From Mobula hypostoma (Eukaryota): a stretch of DNA of 64,000 nucleotides. Positions 48,790 to 61,544 of the stretch are shown piece after piece. The notes beneath the pieces were generated by a model. That model did not search any database, was not told the origin of the DNA, and was given only the letters and a program-made list of their open reading frames with translations. The stretch spans positions 24,058,001 to 24,122,000 of the forward strand of contig NC_086118.1 of assembly GCF_963921235.1 (NCBI RefSeq), written 5' to 3'. Both the position numbers and the translations under genes were made by a program. The first letter of the stretch is position 1. Every line of letters begins with the position of its first letter.

Positions 48790-50100
48790 CAAATCCAGTC
48801 CACCTTTCCAACTACATCATGCTCATGCCTGCCCAATCATCATTCAGTTCAGCTCTTGTCAAAGCCACAAGTATTAGCCTATGCCAGTCAATCCCATATT
48901 TCCTCTTATCCTTGAACAGCATCACCTCACTTTCCACTGACTCTCCGCCCTTTACAACTGGGAGGGACTGCGCATGCCTGCTTCAATTCTTTTCTATTTC
49001 ATCCCCTGCAATAACTTCTCATCCAGCACCCCTAGTGTGGCCTCTGTTGTCCTCAAGGATCGGCCCTTGACCCTTTCCTAGTCCTTAATTAAATGCTGAC
49101 CTTTAACGACATAATCCAACAAAAAAAATCCTAAAATCATGAGTTTAATAAGGTGTTAAGGCACTTGTACTGTGCTTCTGAAATTCCGTTCTGTTGGAAA
49201 CATTGGAACTATCCTTGGAACCCAAGATGTAACCACATTTCAATAGATGTACAATGGAGAGCATTCTGACCGGTTGTGTCACAGCCTGGTGTGGAGACTC
49301 CAATGCTCAAGATCACAGGATACTTCAGAGTTGTGGGCTCATCTAGCTCCATCACAGGCACAGCCTTCACCATCCAGGCCATGCCCCCTTCTTGCTTCTA
49401 TCATCACAGGAGCCAGTAGATTTCTGAAGGGTCCATGAACACTACCTCATTATTCCTTTTTCTGCATTAATTATTTAGTTTTGTAATTCACAGTGAATTT
49501 AAAGATAAAAAGATAAAGATTAGCTTTTTATTAAGGTGTACATCAGAACATTGAAGCATGGAGTGATTTCATACTTAATGTCTATAACTAAGGGGAAGTA
49601 CTGCTTCCTTGTCAGTTTACATCTATATGATTATTATTCTTTCAACGCTCTCTAAACTTCAGCATTGTCACTGATTTTTCCAGTCAGTTCAACCGTAAGG
49701 ACTAAATGTTCAGATTTTCTTCCAATTAAATATCGCCGAGACCAAAGCGCTTGTTACTGGTCACCTATCTTCTGATTCCCATCGTCACCAGGGCAACTGG
49801 CCAAAACAGAACATTCAATCTCCAGCAGCATCAGAGAATTGTACATGACCCTTGCCTCAACTAATTAGGCATTGAAACTTCCATCCATCCCCCTATTACC
49901 AAATAACTTAGTTATTGCAATATCACCTTCCATTAGCTTCAACACATCCACAAACTCAGTTGAGAATATCCAAATCCCAGTGAGTTTCTCCCCTAAACTT
50001 CCAAAACTCTCTTTTGTAAAAGGTGCTTATTAAAACCCCCTTTTGACCAGGTTTTTGACATCTGACCCTTTTGTTGCTTACGTCAAAATTTATTTGATAA
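48790..50100 (+). mobile_element. Old L2-type LINE remnant with a Rex-type fragment (49240-49500) inside
   Basis: ctctgttgtcctcaaggatcggcccttg resembles GVPQGS.LGP; 3' end attaaaacccccttttgaccaggtttttg is L2-like. Confidence 0.45.
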
Positions 50101-52046
50101 CACTCCAAAAAAAAACGTGCTTTTCAGCTTGGTGCCTTATAATGCAAGTTTGCTGTGTTTTCTGTTATTTCAAAATATACTCTATAATTCTTTGAATTAT
50201 AGAAGAATTCAATCTGCATGATGAACTACATGGTCAAAAGCACCCTGCTTCCAAAGGCAGTTTAATTAGATGCAGCAGCCCAGCAGTTCAATTGAACTGC
50301 GCAATATTTGCAAAGGAGGCAGCTCTCTACCTCCACCCTGTGGCAATATCATGATAACGCAGCTAGAATGGGAAAATGTGCAGTAGCCATATAATCTTGT
50401 ACTGGAGTACAGGAGCTAATCCTTATTCCTGACCTTATTCTTCCAAACAAGACATTTACTAATGGGACAGCAGGATCACTCTCAAAAACATACCTTGTCT
50501 AAGTTTAAATATCAGCTACATTATGAAGTAGAATGAACTCAAATTCCACTTCATATAAAAATCTGTATTCTACTTTTCAAATACAAGAATTCAGAGTGTA
50601 ATGAAAAGTCAGCTGAAATAATTACTGTTTCTTCCATCTCAGATACTGTCTGACCAGGTAAATATTTCCTGCATTTTGTGGTTTTGTTTCAAAACGATAA
50701 TGTGCTGTGGAGTGTATACTGACTGGTCGCATCACGGCCTGGTATTGAAACACCAACGGTCTTGAATGGAACAGCTTACAGAAAGTATTGGATACATCCC
50801 AGCTCATCACAAGCAAAGCCTTCTCCACCATGAGCACACCAACAAGGAGCCCTTTTTCAGGAAAGCAGCATTCATCAAGGACCCCCACCATCCGGGCCAT
50901 GCTCCCTTCTCACCATTGCTATGAGGTGGAAGGTACAGGAGCCTCAGGACTCAATCCACAGGGCTCAGGAACAGCTACTTCCCCTCAGCCAGAGTGGTAA
51001 CTTCTCTCAACCCAACCCTGAACTGTTTCCACAACCTATGGACACAATTTCAAGGATGCTACAACTCATATTTTTGATATTTTGCACTTATTATTATTAT
51101 TTTGCTTTTTTTCTCTCTGTATTTGAACATTTTGTTATCTATTGCAACTTGGTTGTTGTGTATACAGATTTTCATTAATTCTATTCTGTATTTAAAACAT
51201 AAGGAGAAGAGCTAGGCAATTTGTCCCATGGAGTCTGCTCCACCATTCCATCATGGCTGATTTATTATCCCTATCAACCCCATTCTCCTACTTTTTCCTC
51301 ATAACCTTTGATGCCCAAACTAATTAAGAACCTATGAACAGCCACTTTAAATATTCCCAATGACTTGACCCCCACAGATCTCTGTGGCAATGAATTCCAC
51401 AGATTCACAACACACTGGCTAAAGAAATTCCTCCTCATTCTAAACTGATGTTCCTCCATTCTGAGATTGCGTCCTCTAGTCGTAGACTCCTCCACTATAG
51501 GAAACATCCTCTCCACATCCACTCTAGGCAGACATTTCAATATTCAATAGATTCAATGAGATAATCCCTCATTTTTCTAAATTACAGGAAGACAGGACCA
51601 GAGTCATCGAATGCTCCAAATCAGTTAATCCTTTCATTCACGGAATCATTCTCATGAGCCTCCTGTGAAGCCTTTCCAATGCCTGCACATAAGGGGCCAA
51701 ACTGCTCACAACACTCCAAGTGCAGTCTAACTAATGCCTTTTAAATCCTCCGCATTATATCCTTGCTCTTATATTCTAGTCCTCTCAAAATCAATGCTAA
51801 CATTGCATTTGCCTTCCTCACCACTATCTCACTATCTTAACCTTTAGAAAATCCTGCACAAGGACTCCATGTCCCTTTGCACCTCTGATTTTTTGTATTT
51901 TGTCCCCACTTATAAAATAGTCTATGTCTTCATTCCATCTACCAAAGTGCATGATCATAAACTTCCCTATGCTATATTCCATCTTTGCCCATTCGACCAA
52001 TCTGTTTAAGTCCTTCCTCAGACCCTGCTTCCTCACCACCACCTAT

Positions 52047-52357
52047 ATAGGCATCCGTTAGTCCTTGCGAGACCATGGATCTGTGCCTGGAAAGTCTTCA
52101 TTCTCCAGGGCGCAAGCCTGGGCAAGGTTGTATGGAAGACCAGCAGTTGTCCATGCTGCAAGTCTCCCCTCTCCACGACACCAATGTTGTCCAAGGGAAG
52201 GGCATTAGGACCCATACAGTTTGGCACCAGTGTCGTCGCAGAGCAATGTGTGATTAAGTGCCTTGCTCAAGGATACAACACGTTCCCTCGGCTGGGGCTC
52301 GAACTCACAACCTTCAGGTAGCTAGTCCAATGCCTTAACCACTTGGCCAAGTGCCCA
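52047..52357 (-). mobile_element. tRNA-derived SINE with RTE-type 3' part
   Basis: Minus strand: box A tggccaagtgg, box B gagttcgagcc, central ccttgagcaaggcacttaa; 13-bp TSD with one mismatch (caccaccacctat 52034-52046, caacaccacctat 52358-52370). Confidence 0.9.
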
Positions 52358-52699
52358 CAACACCACCTATCCCCTCCACTTTTCATGTATTGTCTGCAAA
52401 CTTGGCCATAAAACCAACAACTTTGTCATGCAAATCATTGACCGAGAGCATGAAAAGAAAAGGTCCCACCACCGACCCCTGTAGAACACTGCTAGTCTCC
52501 AGCAGCCAACTACAAACGTTTGTAGAAAAGGCCCCTTTTATTTTAATCCCTTGCCTCCTGCCAGTCAACCAATCTTCTATCCATGCTAATATCTTTCCTG
52601 CAATACCATGGGCTCTTTTCTTGTTAAGCAGCCTCATATGAAACACCTTGTCAAAGGCCTTCTGAAAAATCCAAGTAAACAACATCCACTGCTTATTTT

Positions 52700-52977
52700 G
52701 AATCACCTCCCTCATAGTTCCGCCTCCTTCTACTATTGTTCTCCTGCCAATCACCTTCCTGCTTCCTCTCCCCCATCCCTTTGTCTTAAAAATTACTGTT
52801 TTTTCAACTACCAGCATTCTTCAAACCCTCCCCAAAGTTCTTCCTTCAGTCCTGATGAAGGGTTTCGGCCCGAAACGTCGACTAATCTTTTCAACTGATT
52901 CTGACTGACCTGCTGAGTTCCTCCAGTGCATTGTGAGTGCTCCTTTGACAACAGCATCTGCAGATTATTTTGTGTTT
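52700..52977 (+). mobile_element. Penelope pseudo-LTR
   Basis: Pyrimidine-rich segment, hammerhead motif, then gacctgctgagttcctccagtgcattgtgag...cagcatctgcagat. Confidence 0.8.
52848..52883 (+). ncRNA. Minimal type I hammerhead ribozyme motif (Penelope-associated)
   Basis: agtc-CTGATGA-a-ggg(tttcgg)ccc-GAAAC-GTC-gact: intact core, stem I agtc/gact, stem II ggg/ccc, palindromic ACGT in place of stem III. Confidence 0.75.
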
Positions 52978-54239
52978 CTGTCCTGCTTGTTGTTTCTTCA
53001 AAGAATTCAAACAGATTTGTTAGGTAGGGTGTCCCCTTAAGAAAACTATGCTGTCTTTGGCCTATTTTATCATGTGCCTCCACGTATCCTGAAACCTCAT
53101 CCTCAATAAGGACTCCAACTTCTTGCCAACCACTGAAGTCTGATTAACTGGCCTATAATTTCCTTTCTTCTGCCTCCTTCCATTCTTAAAAAGTAGAGTG
53201 ATATTAGCAGTTTTCTAGTCCTCTGGAACCATTCCCGAATCCAGTGATTCTCCACAATCTTTTCACAATCTCTTCAGCTACCATTTTCAAAACACTGGGA
53301 TGTAGTCAATTTGGTCCAAATAACTTATCCACCTCAAACCTTTCAGCTTCCCTAGTACATTCTCCTTAGTAATTGCAAATAAACTCACTCCTGCTTCTGA
53401 CACTCTTCATTTTCTGGCATACTGCCAGTGTCTTCTACTATGAAGTCTGACACAAAGTACTTACTAAGTTCTTCCACCGTTCCTTTGTCCCTCATTACTA
53501 CCTCTCCAGTGTCATTTTCCAGCAGTTTGATATCAACTCTCACCCTTTTTTACTCTTTATATATCAAAAATAAAATTATGGTATCCTATTTTATATTATT
53601 GGCTAACTTACCTTCATTTTTTCCTTTCTTTTTTGTTGCTTTTCATTGTTTTTTCTTAAATGTTTTCCAATCCTCTAACTCCCCACTAATTTTTACTGTA
53701 TTGTATTCCTTCTCTTTTGCCTTTATGCTGTCATTGTCTTCCTTGTCAGCCACAGTTGCATCATCCTCCCTTTGGAATATTTCTTCATCATTGGGATGTA
53801 TCCATCCTGTGCTTTCCGTATTGCTCCCAGAAACTCCAGTGATTGCTGCCCTGCCATCATCCCTGCTAGTGTTCCCTTACATTCAATTTTGGCCAGCTCC
53901 TCGCTCAAGCCTCTTTAATTCCTTTTTCTCCACTGTAATACAGATTCATCTGACTTTATCTTCTCCATTTCAAAATGCAGGGGAATTAATTTTATGATCA
54001 CTGCCTTCTATGGTTTTCTTTACCCTAAGCAACCTCATCAAATCTGGTTTATTACACAACACCCACCTAACTTACCTTGATTGCCCGCATGGAAATAAAT
54101 CTCAGTGTAGTATATGGTGAAATAAATGTACTTAATAATAAATTTACTTTGAACTTGAAGTTTAATCTTTTCACTATGGATAGCAGAGTAGTGTAGCTAA
54201 AAGGCCTACTACATCACAATTCCTGTGTGTTACTTATAA

Positions 54240-54400
54240 ATTAAATTTTTAATATTTACTAATTTTAACTATTTTTAATATCTTTAATATTTAATATTTA
54301 TAATCCAGGGAGTGTGAAGCACAGAATCAAACATCGCTGTGATGATTGTACGTTCTAGTACCAATTGTTTGGTGACAATAAAGTATAAAGTATAAAGTAT
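54240..54400 (+). mobile_element. LINE 3' tail (Rex-type) ending in (AAAGTAT)n
   Basis: gtgacaataaagtataaagtataaagtat: AATAAA followed by a tandem tail. Confidence 0.55.
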
Positions 54401-55039
54401 TTATGCCCAAATCACAAAAACATACATGTTTGTAGTTGAAGTAGGAAATTGTTAGTTGCCACTAATGTGCAGCTGTGAGTTGGAACCTGGTGGAGTTGAG
54501 AGGAATATTGAAAGAATGAAGTTTGAGTAGTATTGGATTGACATGAAGATGTGGTAGTGATCAGCATGGTCAGTGAATTATGGGGCATATCTCCACACTG
54601 TGTAATCCTGTTCCTGTAATTCTGCATCTTGTACATTAAAGAACCAAATATATTGAATAATATTAAAAGCATACAGTTTTTTTTTCTGGACAATATCATA
54701 AAGCAGCAGCTATTCATGATTACAGCCCAAGTAAGTTCTACAAGTCAATGCCTAGTTTAGGTTGCAGCAGTAAAAGAACAAAGTATGCATTCAAAGGTGA
54801 TCTGAACTACTGATTGTGCTCAATGACTATAGGTACACAGTTCTTTCATTCACTCTTTGAGGTGTATTTGTCTTTATTCCTGTGAAAAGTCCTGGTGCTC
54901 TTTGGTCTGAATTAATATTTCCAATACTCATTAATATTTCCAACTACTAATCCACCCCTTGCATAAAGCTCCAATGTGGTATGAAGCATGGTATAGGAAT
55001 TTAGTCAGGATGTTGTAGTGTAGAGATTCCTAATGGTGA

Positions 55040-55430
55040 CAGTCTGGCTCTGTCGATATCGCTCTCATCCACAGATCAGAATACTGTAGTTCAGTCCAGT
55101 ATTGTTCGAGTGGCTGCCTATTAGATGGACCAATAAGCACGTGTTAATTTTAGTGCACATCAGAGATCCCAGGCTACAATCTGAGGAAGTACAAGCAGAT
55201 TGTCTAAGTGTCCTGCCCAATACCTTTCCTTTGATAACACTATTAAGTGCTCACTGAACAATTTCCACTATTTGCAGTCTTGACTTTCTGATTAACTGGT
55301 CACTCGTTCATTTGTTTGTGAGACTCGGATAAAATGCTTGATCTGCTTACACCACATGCTCGTTAAAGGAAATTTATTGACTTTAAAACACTTCTGGTAT
55401 CAGCCTTATAAATGGAAGGTCATTTCCTTT
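55040..55430 (+). mobile_element. Ancient Deu-domain SINE remnant
   Basis: agatcccaggctacaatctgaggaag...gtgtcctgcccaatacctttcct...gattaactggtcac..tgtttgtgaga resembles the Deu domain of AmnSINE/SacSINE-type elements. Confidence 0.5.
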
Positions 55431-55573
55431 AAGAATTTCTGGCAGTTGAAGCACTTTTAAGTAGCATAAACAAGCTTCCGAGTTGAATTCGAACATAATA
55501 ACCAATCAACGATTCTTGCAGGGCTGTTCATTCCATAGCCATTAAGCTGTTTTAGTTGAACATTTATCATCTA

Positions 55574-56404
55574 CAGTGGATTCCGGGTATTTGGGACACA
55601 TTGGGACCAGTAGATTTTGGCCCAATTAAGCGGCTGCTCAAATTAGCAGAAGTTTCATGGACGTAGTTAAAAAGGTAGAAAAAAAGACAACTTTTAATTT
55701 AACTGAATAACAAATTATGTACTTAAATGAAATGCAGAATAAATCAGAACACTACCAATACCTCTATAATACTATAAATCTGACTTTTAGTTCCTAATAG
55801 TTATTGACAGAGGAATTCATCTGCCGTGTTCTTTTCATTGATTGTAAATGAACAAAATCGACACAGACATCTAGTGCAGGTAATGAACTGTTTTCATACA
55901 ATGCTTTAGATGATTACATCATCTATATCTTCATTTTCATTGTAGTCTTCAAGGCGATTGCCGATAACGTCATAATTCTGAACTAGTTGAAGTGGTGAAA
56001 TCATTTCATTTTCACTCCCAGCTGTTTCTGGCATCTCCAAATCTGAATGCTTGAAACTGCTGTGAGCAGAACAGTTCCAACTTGTCATACAACTTATTTC
56101 TCGCCAACCATCAGTGACAAAAAACGTTGATTTTTGAAGACAAGCACATGCATCTGACACTATTTAAAAACTGATTTCTCTAAGCACAGTGTAACGTCTA
56201 GCAGCCATGCAAGTGAACACTCACCAACACTGGTTAGAAACTGTTTGGCAACAGTTTCTTGCCCCAGTTAAGCGGCATATTGTCCCAAATAAATGAAGGG
56301 ACTCATGGTTATTTTCTAAATATAGTTTTTTGTGCTTTAAGAACTGTTCTAAATATGTGGATGGGTATCCTGATTAACCGATGGCACAATTAGCTGGAAT
56401 CCCC
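55574..56404 (-). mobile_element. pogo/Tigger-type MITE
   Basis: TA|cagtggattccgggtatttgggacac left TIR; right TIR remnant ggcacaattagctggaatcc; homologous to 41282-44186. Confidence 0.85.
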
Positions 56405-56459
56405 AAAATTAAATTTATCTTATTATCTTTATTCATTAGCAAAAGCAAATTGGAAATTT

Positions 56460-58314
56460 AGTAGGGACAAGTGTAGCGACCATTGTGTGAGTGGTCCAGT
56501 GTTAGAGTGGGTGGTCTTTGACTCAACAGGCTTGGGCAGACAGATAATTGGGCAAAATTGCTGTCAGTGGGATCAGTTGCAGTGTAATATGGGGGCAAAA
56601 TCAAAAAGAATGGCGAATACAGAACTGAATGCGTTATATTTGAATGAGTGCAGTGTATGGAATAAGGTAGATGATATTGTAGTGCAGTTAGAGATTGGTA
56701 GGTATGACGTTATGGGCATCACTAAATCATAGCTGAAATAGGATCATGGTCATCGAGATCAAAAACATTCAAGAATACACATTGTATTAAAAGGACAGGT
56801 GGGTAGCCAAAAGGGGTGGGGTTGCTCTGTTGGTAAAAAATGAAATCAAATCCTTACAAAATGGTGACATAGGATTGGAAGATGTAGAATCCTTGTGTGT
56901 AGAGTTAAGAAACTGCAAGTGTAAAAAGAACATCATTCAAATTATTAACAGGGCTCCAAGCAGTGGCCAGGATGTGAGCTCCAAATTACAATGGGAGATA
57001 GAAAATACATGTCAAATGGGCATGTTGCAATAGTCATGGGGGATTTCAATATGGAGGTAGATTGCAAAAATTGGGTTGGTGCTGGATCCTAAGAGAGAGA
57101 ATTTGTAGAATGCCCAAGACGTTTTTTTAGAGCAGCCTGTGGCTGAGCCCACAAGGGATGGGTGTCATGTAATGATCTGAATTTGATTAACGAGTTTAAG
57201 GTAAAGGAGCCCTTAGGCGTCAGAGATCACAATATGACTACCCCCAGCAATTTGAGAGGGAAAGCTAAAGTCAGATATATCAGCATTACAGTGGATTAAA
57301 GGGAATTATAAAGCATGAGAGAGAAGCTGACTAAAGTTGATTGGAAGGGGACACTAGCAGGGATGATGGCAGAAGAGCAAATGCTGAAGTTTCTGGGAGA
57401 AATTCAGAAGGCACAGGATAGAAATATCACAAATAAGTAGTATTCTAAAGGCAGGAAGACACAACCATGTCTGAAAAGGGGAGTCAAAAACACCAAAAAG
57501 CAAAATTTAAGACATATTATAGAGCAAAAATTAGTGGGAAGTTAGAGGATTGAAAAGCTTTTAAAAACCAAAAGAAGGGAAATAAAAAAAAGCCACAAGG
57601 AGGGAAAAGGTGAACTATGAATGCAAGCTAGCCAATAATATCAAAGTGGATACCAAAACTTTTTTCAGATATACTGTATAAAGTGTAAAAAGAGAGATGT
57701 GAATAGGTATTGGGCTGCTGAAAGTGAACTGGATAGGTAGTAATAGGGGACGGATGGCAAACAAACTGTGTAAGTATTTTGCATCATCTTCATTGTGGAA
57801 GACACTAACAGTATGCTGGAGGGAAGGAAGCTGCGGAGGAATTTGGGGTTCTTATGTTTAACTGTCTTTCGTTCTTTGGAGCACTTCTCTGTTTTCGTGA
57901 ATGTTTGTGAAGAAAAAGCAGTTCAGGATGTATATTGTATACATTTCACTGACATAAATTGGACCTTTGAACTTTTGAACTGAGAGGTCTAACGTTGGAT
58001 AAGTCACCTGGACCAGATGGACTACACCACAGTTTTCTGAAAGAGGTCGCTGGGGAGATTTGTAATTACCTTTCAAGAATCACTGGGTTCCGGCATGGCT
58101 CCAGAGGACTAGAAAATTGCAAATGTCACTCCACTCTTCAAAAAGGGAGAGAGACAGAAGGAAGGAAACTATAGGCCAGTTAGCATGTCTTCAGTGATTG
58201 GAGAGATGTTGGAGTTGATTGTGAATGATGAGGTCTCAGGGTACTTGGAGGCACATGATAAAATAGGCTAAAGTCAGCAAGGTTTCCTTAAGGGGAAATC
58301 ATGCCTGACAAATA
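56460..58314 (+). mobile_element. CR1 LINE 5' part (APE endonuclease to start of RT)
   Basis: LNALYLN..NKVDD..YDVMGIT, VESLCVELRNC, KIANVTPLFKKGER..GNYRPVS; interrupted by the short element at 57820-57980. Confidence 0.9.
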
Positions 58315-58709
58315 GGCACGTGAAGGATGGATTCTGGGACAAATGGTGGACTTAGGATGATATAAGAAGGTGGGTAGATAGTGCCATTAGGAAAGGCAAG
58401 AAGTGGTCAGTTTGGAAGATTGTGCAGGTGAAGGATTAAATGAAGGCATACAATGAAAGGAGAAAAGATCAGAAGGAGCAAGGTGTGAAGATGGGAGATA
58501 AGTAACAAAACACTACCAGAGCTGGAATTGGTTCAGGAAACAAAGTGAAAATGGGAATCACTAGCATATTAGAAGAGAAGAAAGATTGAAGGAGAGATGA
58601 ACTAGATATGGGGAGTGTTGTGGCAGGTGGAGCCAAGAGGAGGAAGGAGACAAAGATGAGTAAAGTGAGGTGGGTCTGGCAGAGGGTGAGAAGGGGTACA
58701 ATAATGAGA

Positions 58710-59300
58710 GCAGCACACACAAAATGCTGGAGGAACTCAGCAGGTCAGGCAGCATCCATGAAAAAGAACAGTCAACATCTTGGGTCAAGATGCTTCCTCA
58801 GGATTGGAAAGGAAGGGAGAAGATGTCAGAATAAAAACATGGGGGAAGGGAAGAAGGATAGCTAGGAGGTGATAGGTGAAGCCAGGTACGTGGGACAGGT
58901 AGAGGGCTGGAGAGGAAGGAATCTGACAGGAGATGAGAGTGGACCATAGGAGAAAAGGAAGGAGGAGGGATGCCAGGGGGACATGATCAGCAGGTGAGAA
59001 GGGGTAAGAGGCCATTGTGGGGAATAGAAGAAGATTGGAGTGGGAGGGAATTGTTTTGTACTGATAGGAGAAATCGATATTAATGCCATCAGATTAGAGG
59101 CTACCAAACTGAAATACAAGGTGTTGCTTTCCACCCCGAGGGTGACCTCATTATGGCACAAGAGGAGGCCATGGAACATGTCAGAATGGGAATGGGAATT
59201 GGAATTAAAATGTGTTGGCCACTGTGAAGTTCCACTTTTGACAGATGGAATGTAGATATTCAACAAAGGGTTCCCCCAGTTTACTACAGAACTCACCAAA
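58710..59300 (-). mobile_element. Penelope-like element 3' end (GIY-YIG C-terminal region plus pseudo-LTR)
   Basis: THFNSNSHSHSDM.HGLL.CH.E.TL followed by the pyrimidine-rich pseudo-LTR and a degenerate hammerhead (cctgaggaagcatcttgacccaagatgttgactg). Confidence 0.8.
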
Positions 59301-59928
59301 GCAGTGAAGGCAGCATTGGGTGCAACATATAATGAGAGTACTGGAGTACATCTGGGAGTCAGATCTTGGTATATTAATGCTACTGGTTGTACACTACCCA
59401 GGTGGGATACAAGGAGAAATTCCTTCAGTTTGCTCTGGGTTTCATGTTATCTTTGGGAACTCACTAAGTGAGAAGTGGTAGATACACATTGAGCACCTCA
59501 TTACTATGGGAAGAACACAGTTCATTGCTGAACACACTGTTTGTTGAAGATTAGTTCACCATGCCCTAAAAAACTACACTCAAAGGAAAATCAGGTCTTA
59601 AAATAAAGTGAATAACCCCACTTATGTCTGACTCACACTTTTATTGGGTATGATTTACCTGTGGGAATGCAAGGCTGATGATTTTTTTTTATGTAAAGCA
59701 AATCCTGACACCAATCCTTTATTTTCTACTTTGAACTTGTATTTATTACTAATTAGGGTAGTTATTAGATGACTTAATCACAGTGAAAGCAAATCTGTTT
59801 AAGCAAATGTTTGTTAAGTGCTGATTCGTTTATTCAGAAATTGCTACTAATGTGTGGTGCTCACAGTGCTTGCTTCTAAATTTGATTACTAAGAATTCTT
59901 GTCCTTTTGGACCTGTTGCATTTAATTG

Positions 59929-60716
59929 AGTTCAAGTTCAAGTTTAATTGTCATTCAACCATACGTGAATCCCCATGAATACTGCCAAATGAAATAGCAT
60001 TACTCTGGGGTCAAGGTGTAAAGCACAGTACCAACAGCCATACACAGCACAAACACATATAGTATACCCAAGATAGCAAGCGCATACAAGTAGTAAAATA
60101 CAGTTGCACACAAACAAAATATAACCCAAGTCCTGGAGTTCATGAATGCTGCAGCAGTCTGGCATGTATTCTGCTGTGCAAACACAGGGATCTGCACCGA
60201 CTCCCAGCGTAGATGCCGCACCACAATGCCTCTGGCACCTTGGTGCAGCACGTGAACTCTGACCCCTCCGGCTCTCCTGGGCAACTGTAAACAGGCGACA
60301 TCGCGGCTTGAGGCCTGGTCTTCGCTAAGACTGGGGCCACACAGCTCCCCTGCTCCCCACCTCTGCCACTCACCAATAAATCAGCGAATTGGGATTACAG
60401 TATTTCACATTAATAATGTCTAACAGGGTCTTGCGATAACAAAAGTGGCTTAGACAATCACTCGCCATTAGACTACACACAGTCGTGCATCAATTCCTCC
60501 AGTACCTCTCCGACACAGGTGGCAGCACAATCTGCACCATGGTCCTTCAGTTTCTCCACCAATGAGCAACTTGTTGATGAGGAAGACCTGCAAAACCTTA
60601 AGTTCTTAATGTCCAGCAGCATCTTCCAATCATAAAAAAACTATTAAAAAAGCTAACAACATCTTTAGTTGGCCCTGTAAAAGCCGTTACATCTGAGTAC
60701 GCCGCCATATTACTAG
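59929..60716 (-). mobile_element. Non-coding retroelement with Rex1-type tail
   Basis: 5' end aatatggcggc; 3' end aatgacaattaaacttgaacttgaac resembles the tail at 3241-3265. Confidence 0.6.
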
Positions 60717-61311
60717 ATCCCAACGATTCGAGTTTGGTGTAGTTAAGTAAATTTTGACAACAGTACTGAAGTTTTATGCCATCACTCGGATAGAATGAGC
60801 ACTGCACTGCCAGCTTTAACAATTTTTCTTACTTCCAGTATCTCTCTGGGAAGAGGTGGAAAGCTAGTGACATATTCAACACTGTCATTAGTGGTTAACC
60901 CGAGCTGACAACATCTCTGAATCCTAACCGAGCAATCAAAATGGCTAACGGATTAGAATACAGATTCATTCTATTTTCAAAGTATGCCCTTCCCCAAAGT
61001 TGCTGCAAGCGAGCAACTCAAGAAAGACCATGGCTCTAACATTTCCACAGCTGTTCCCGCATGAGGAAGTCACGGAAGAGTGGACATTCGGTTTTCCAGA
61101 AGGAGTAGCATTTCAGGAGCCAGTTTATCAAATACACTTGTCAATCAGGAGTCGGCCCGGGTGCTTCCTCTGAAATGCCAGTTTGAAAACACCAGCTGTT
61201 TTTTATCACCCAGTTGATTAATGAGGTTATAATTACAAGGTGATAAAATAGCAGAGCAATGACTAAAACAACCAATGTCATTCCAATGTCCCTGTTATAC
61301 GAGGAGTCATC

Positions 61312-61544
61312 TGTTGTGCATTTAATACTTCAAGAATATTTGAATAAAATTGTAAATATTTTAGTTGATTAAGCATTCTTTGTTTGTTTAAATAATTCAA
61401 TATACCAAAAGATGTGAATGGCATTTGTTATTATGTCACCATGTCATAAATGAGCACCTCACTGAAATAAAGCTAAACATATACAAGTTATCCCCATGTT
61501 TTACTGTCAATTAATTTTATGTGTTGGAGTTACAAAACATAATA
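61312..61544 (+). repeat. 5' LTR
   Basis: tgttgtgcattta...ttacaaaacataata; direct repeat of 63641-63883. Confidence 0.92.

Larger units (their letters stand above)
51195..54066 (-). mobile_element. CR1 LINE fragment with nested SINE and Penelope pieces
   Basis: IFQKAFDKV.HMRLL, VLQGSVVGPFLF..KFADNT, RRNFFSQCVVNLWNSLP. Confidence 0.92.
50697..54160 (+). mobile_element. Rex1/Babar-type LINE 3' end split by a CR1
   Basis: 50697-51193 (gagtgtatactgactggtcgcatcacggcctgg...) resumes at ~54067 with the tail aatctcagtgtag...aataaatttactttgaacttga. Confidence 0.75.

Noticed and set aside
52280..52357. tRNA gene (also at 46272-46340)
   Set aside because: SINE heads with A/B boxes; no complete cloverleaf, and they continue into SINE bodies.
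53428..53997. 189-aa hydrophobic ORF and similar ones (27954-28508, 14690-15097)
   Set aside because: Antisense frames of CR1 ORF2.
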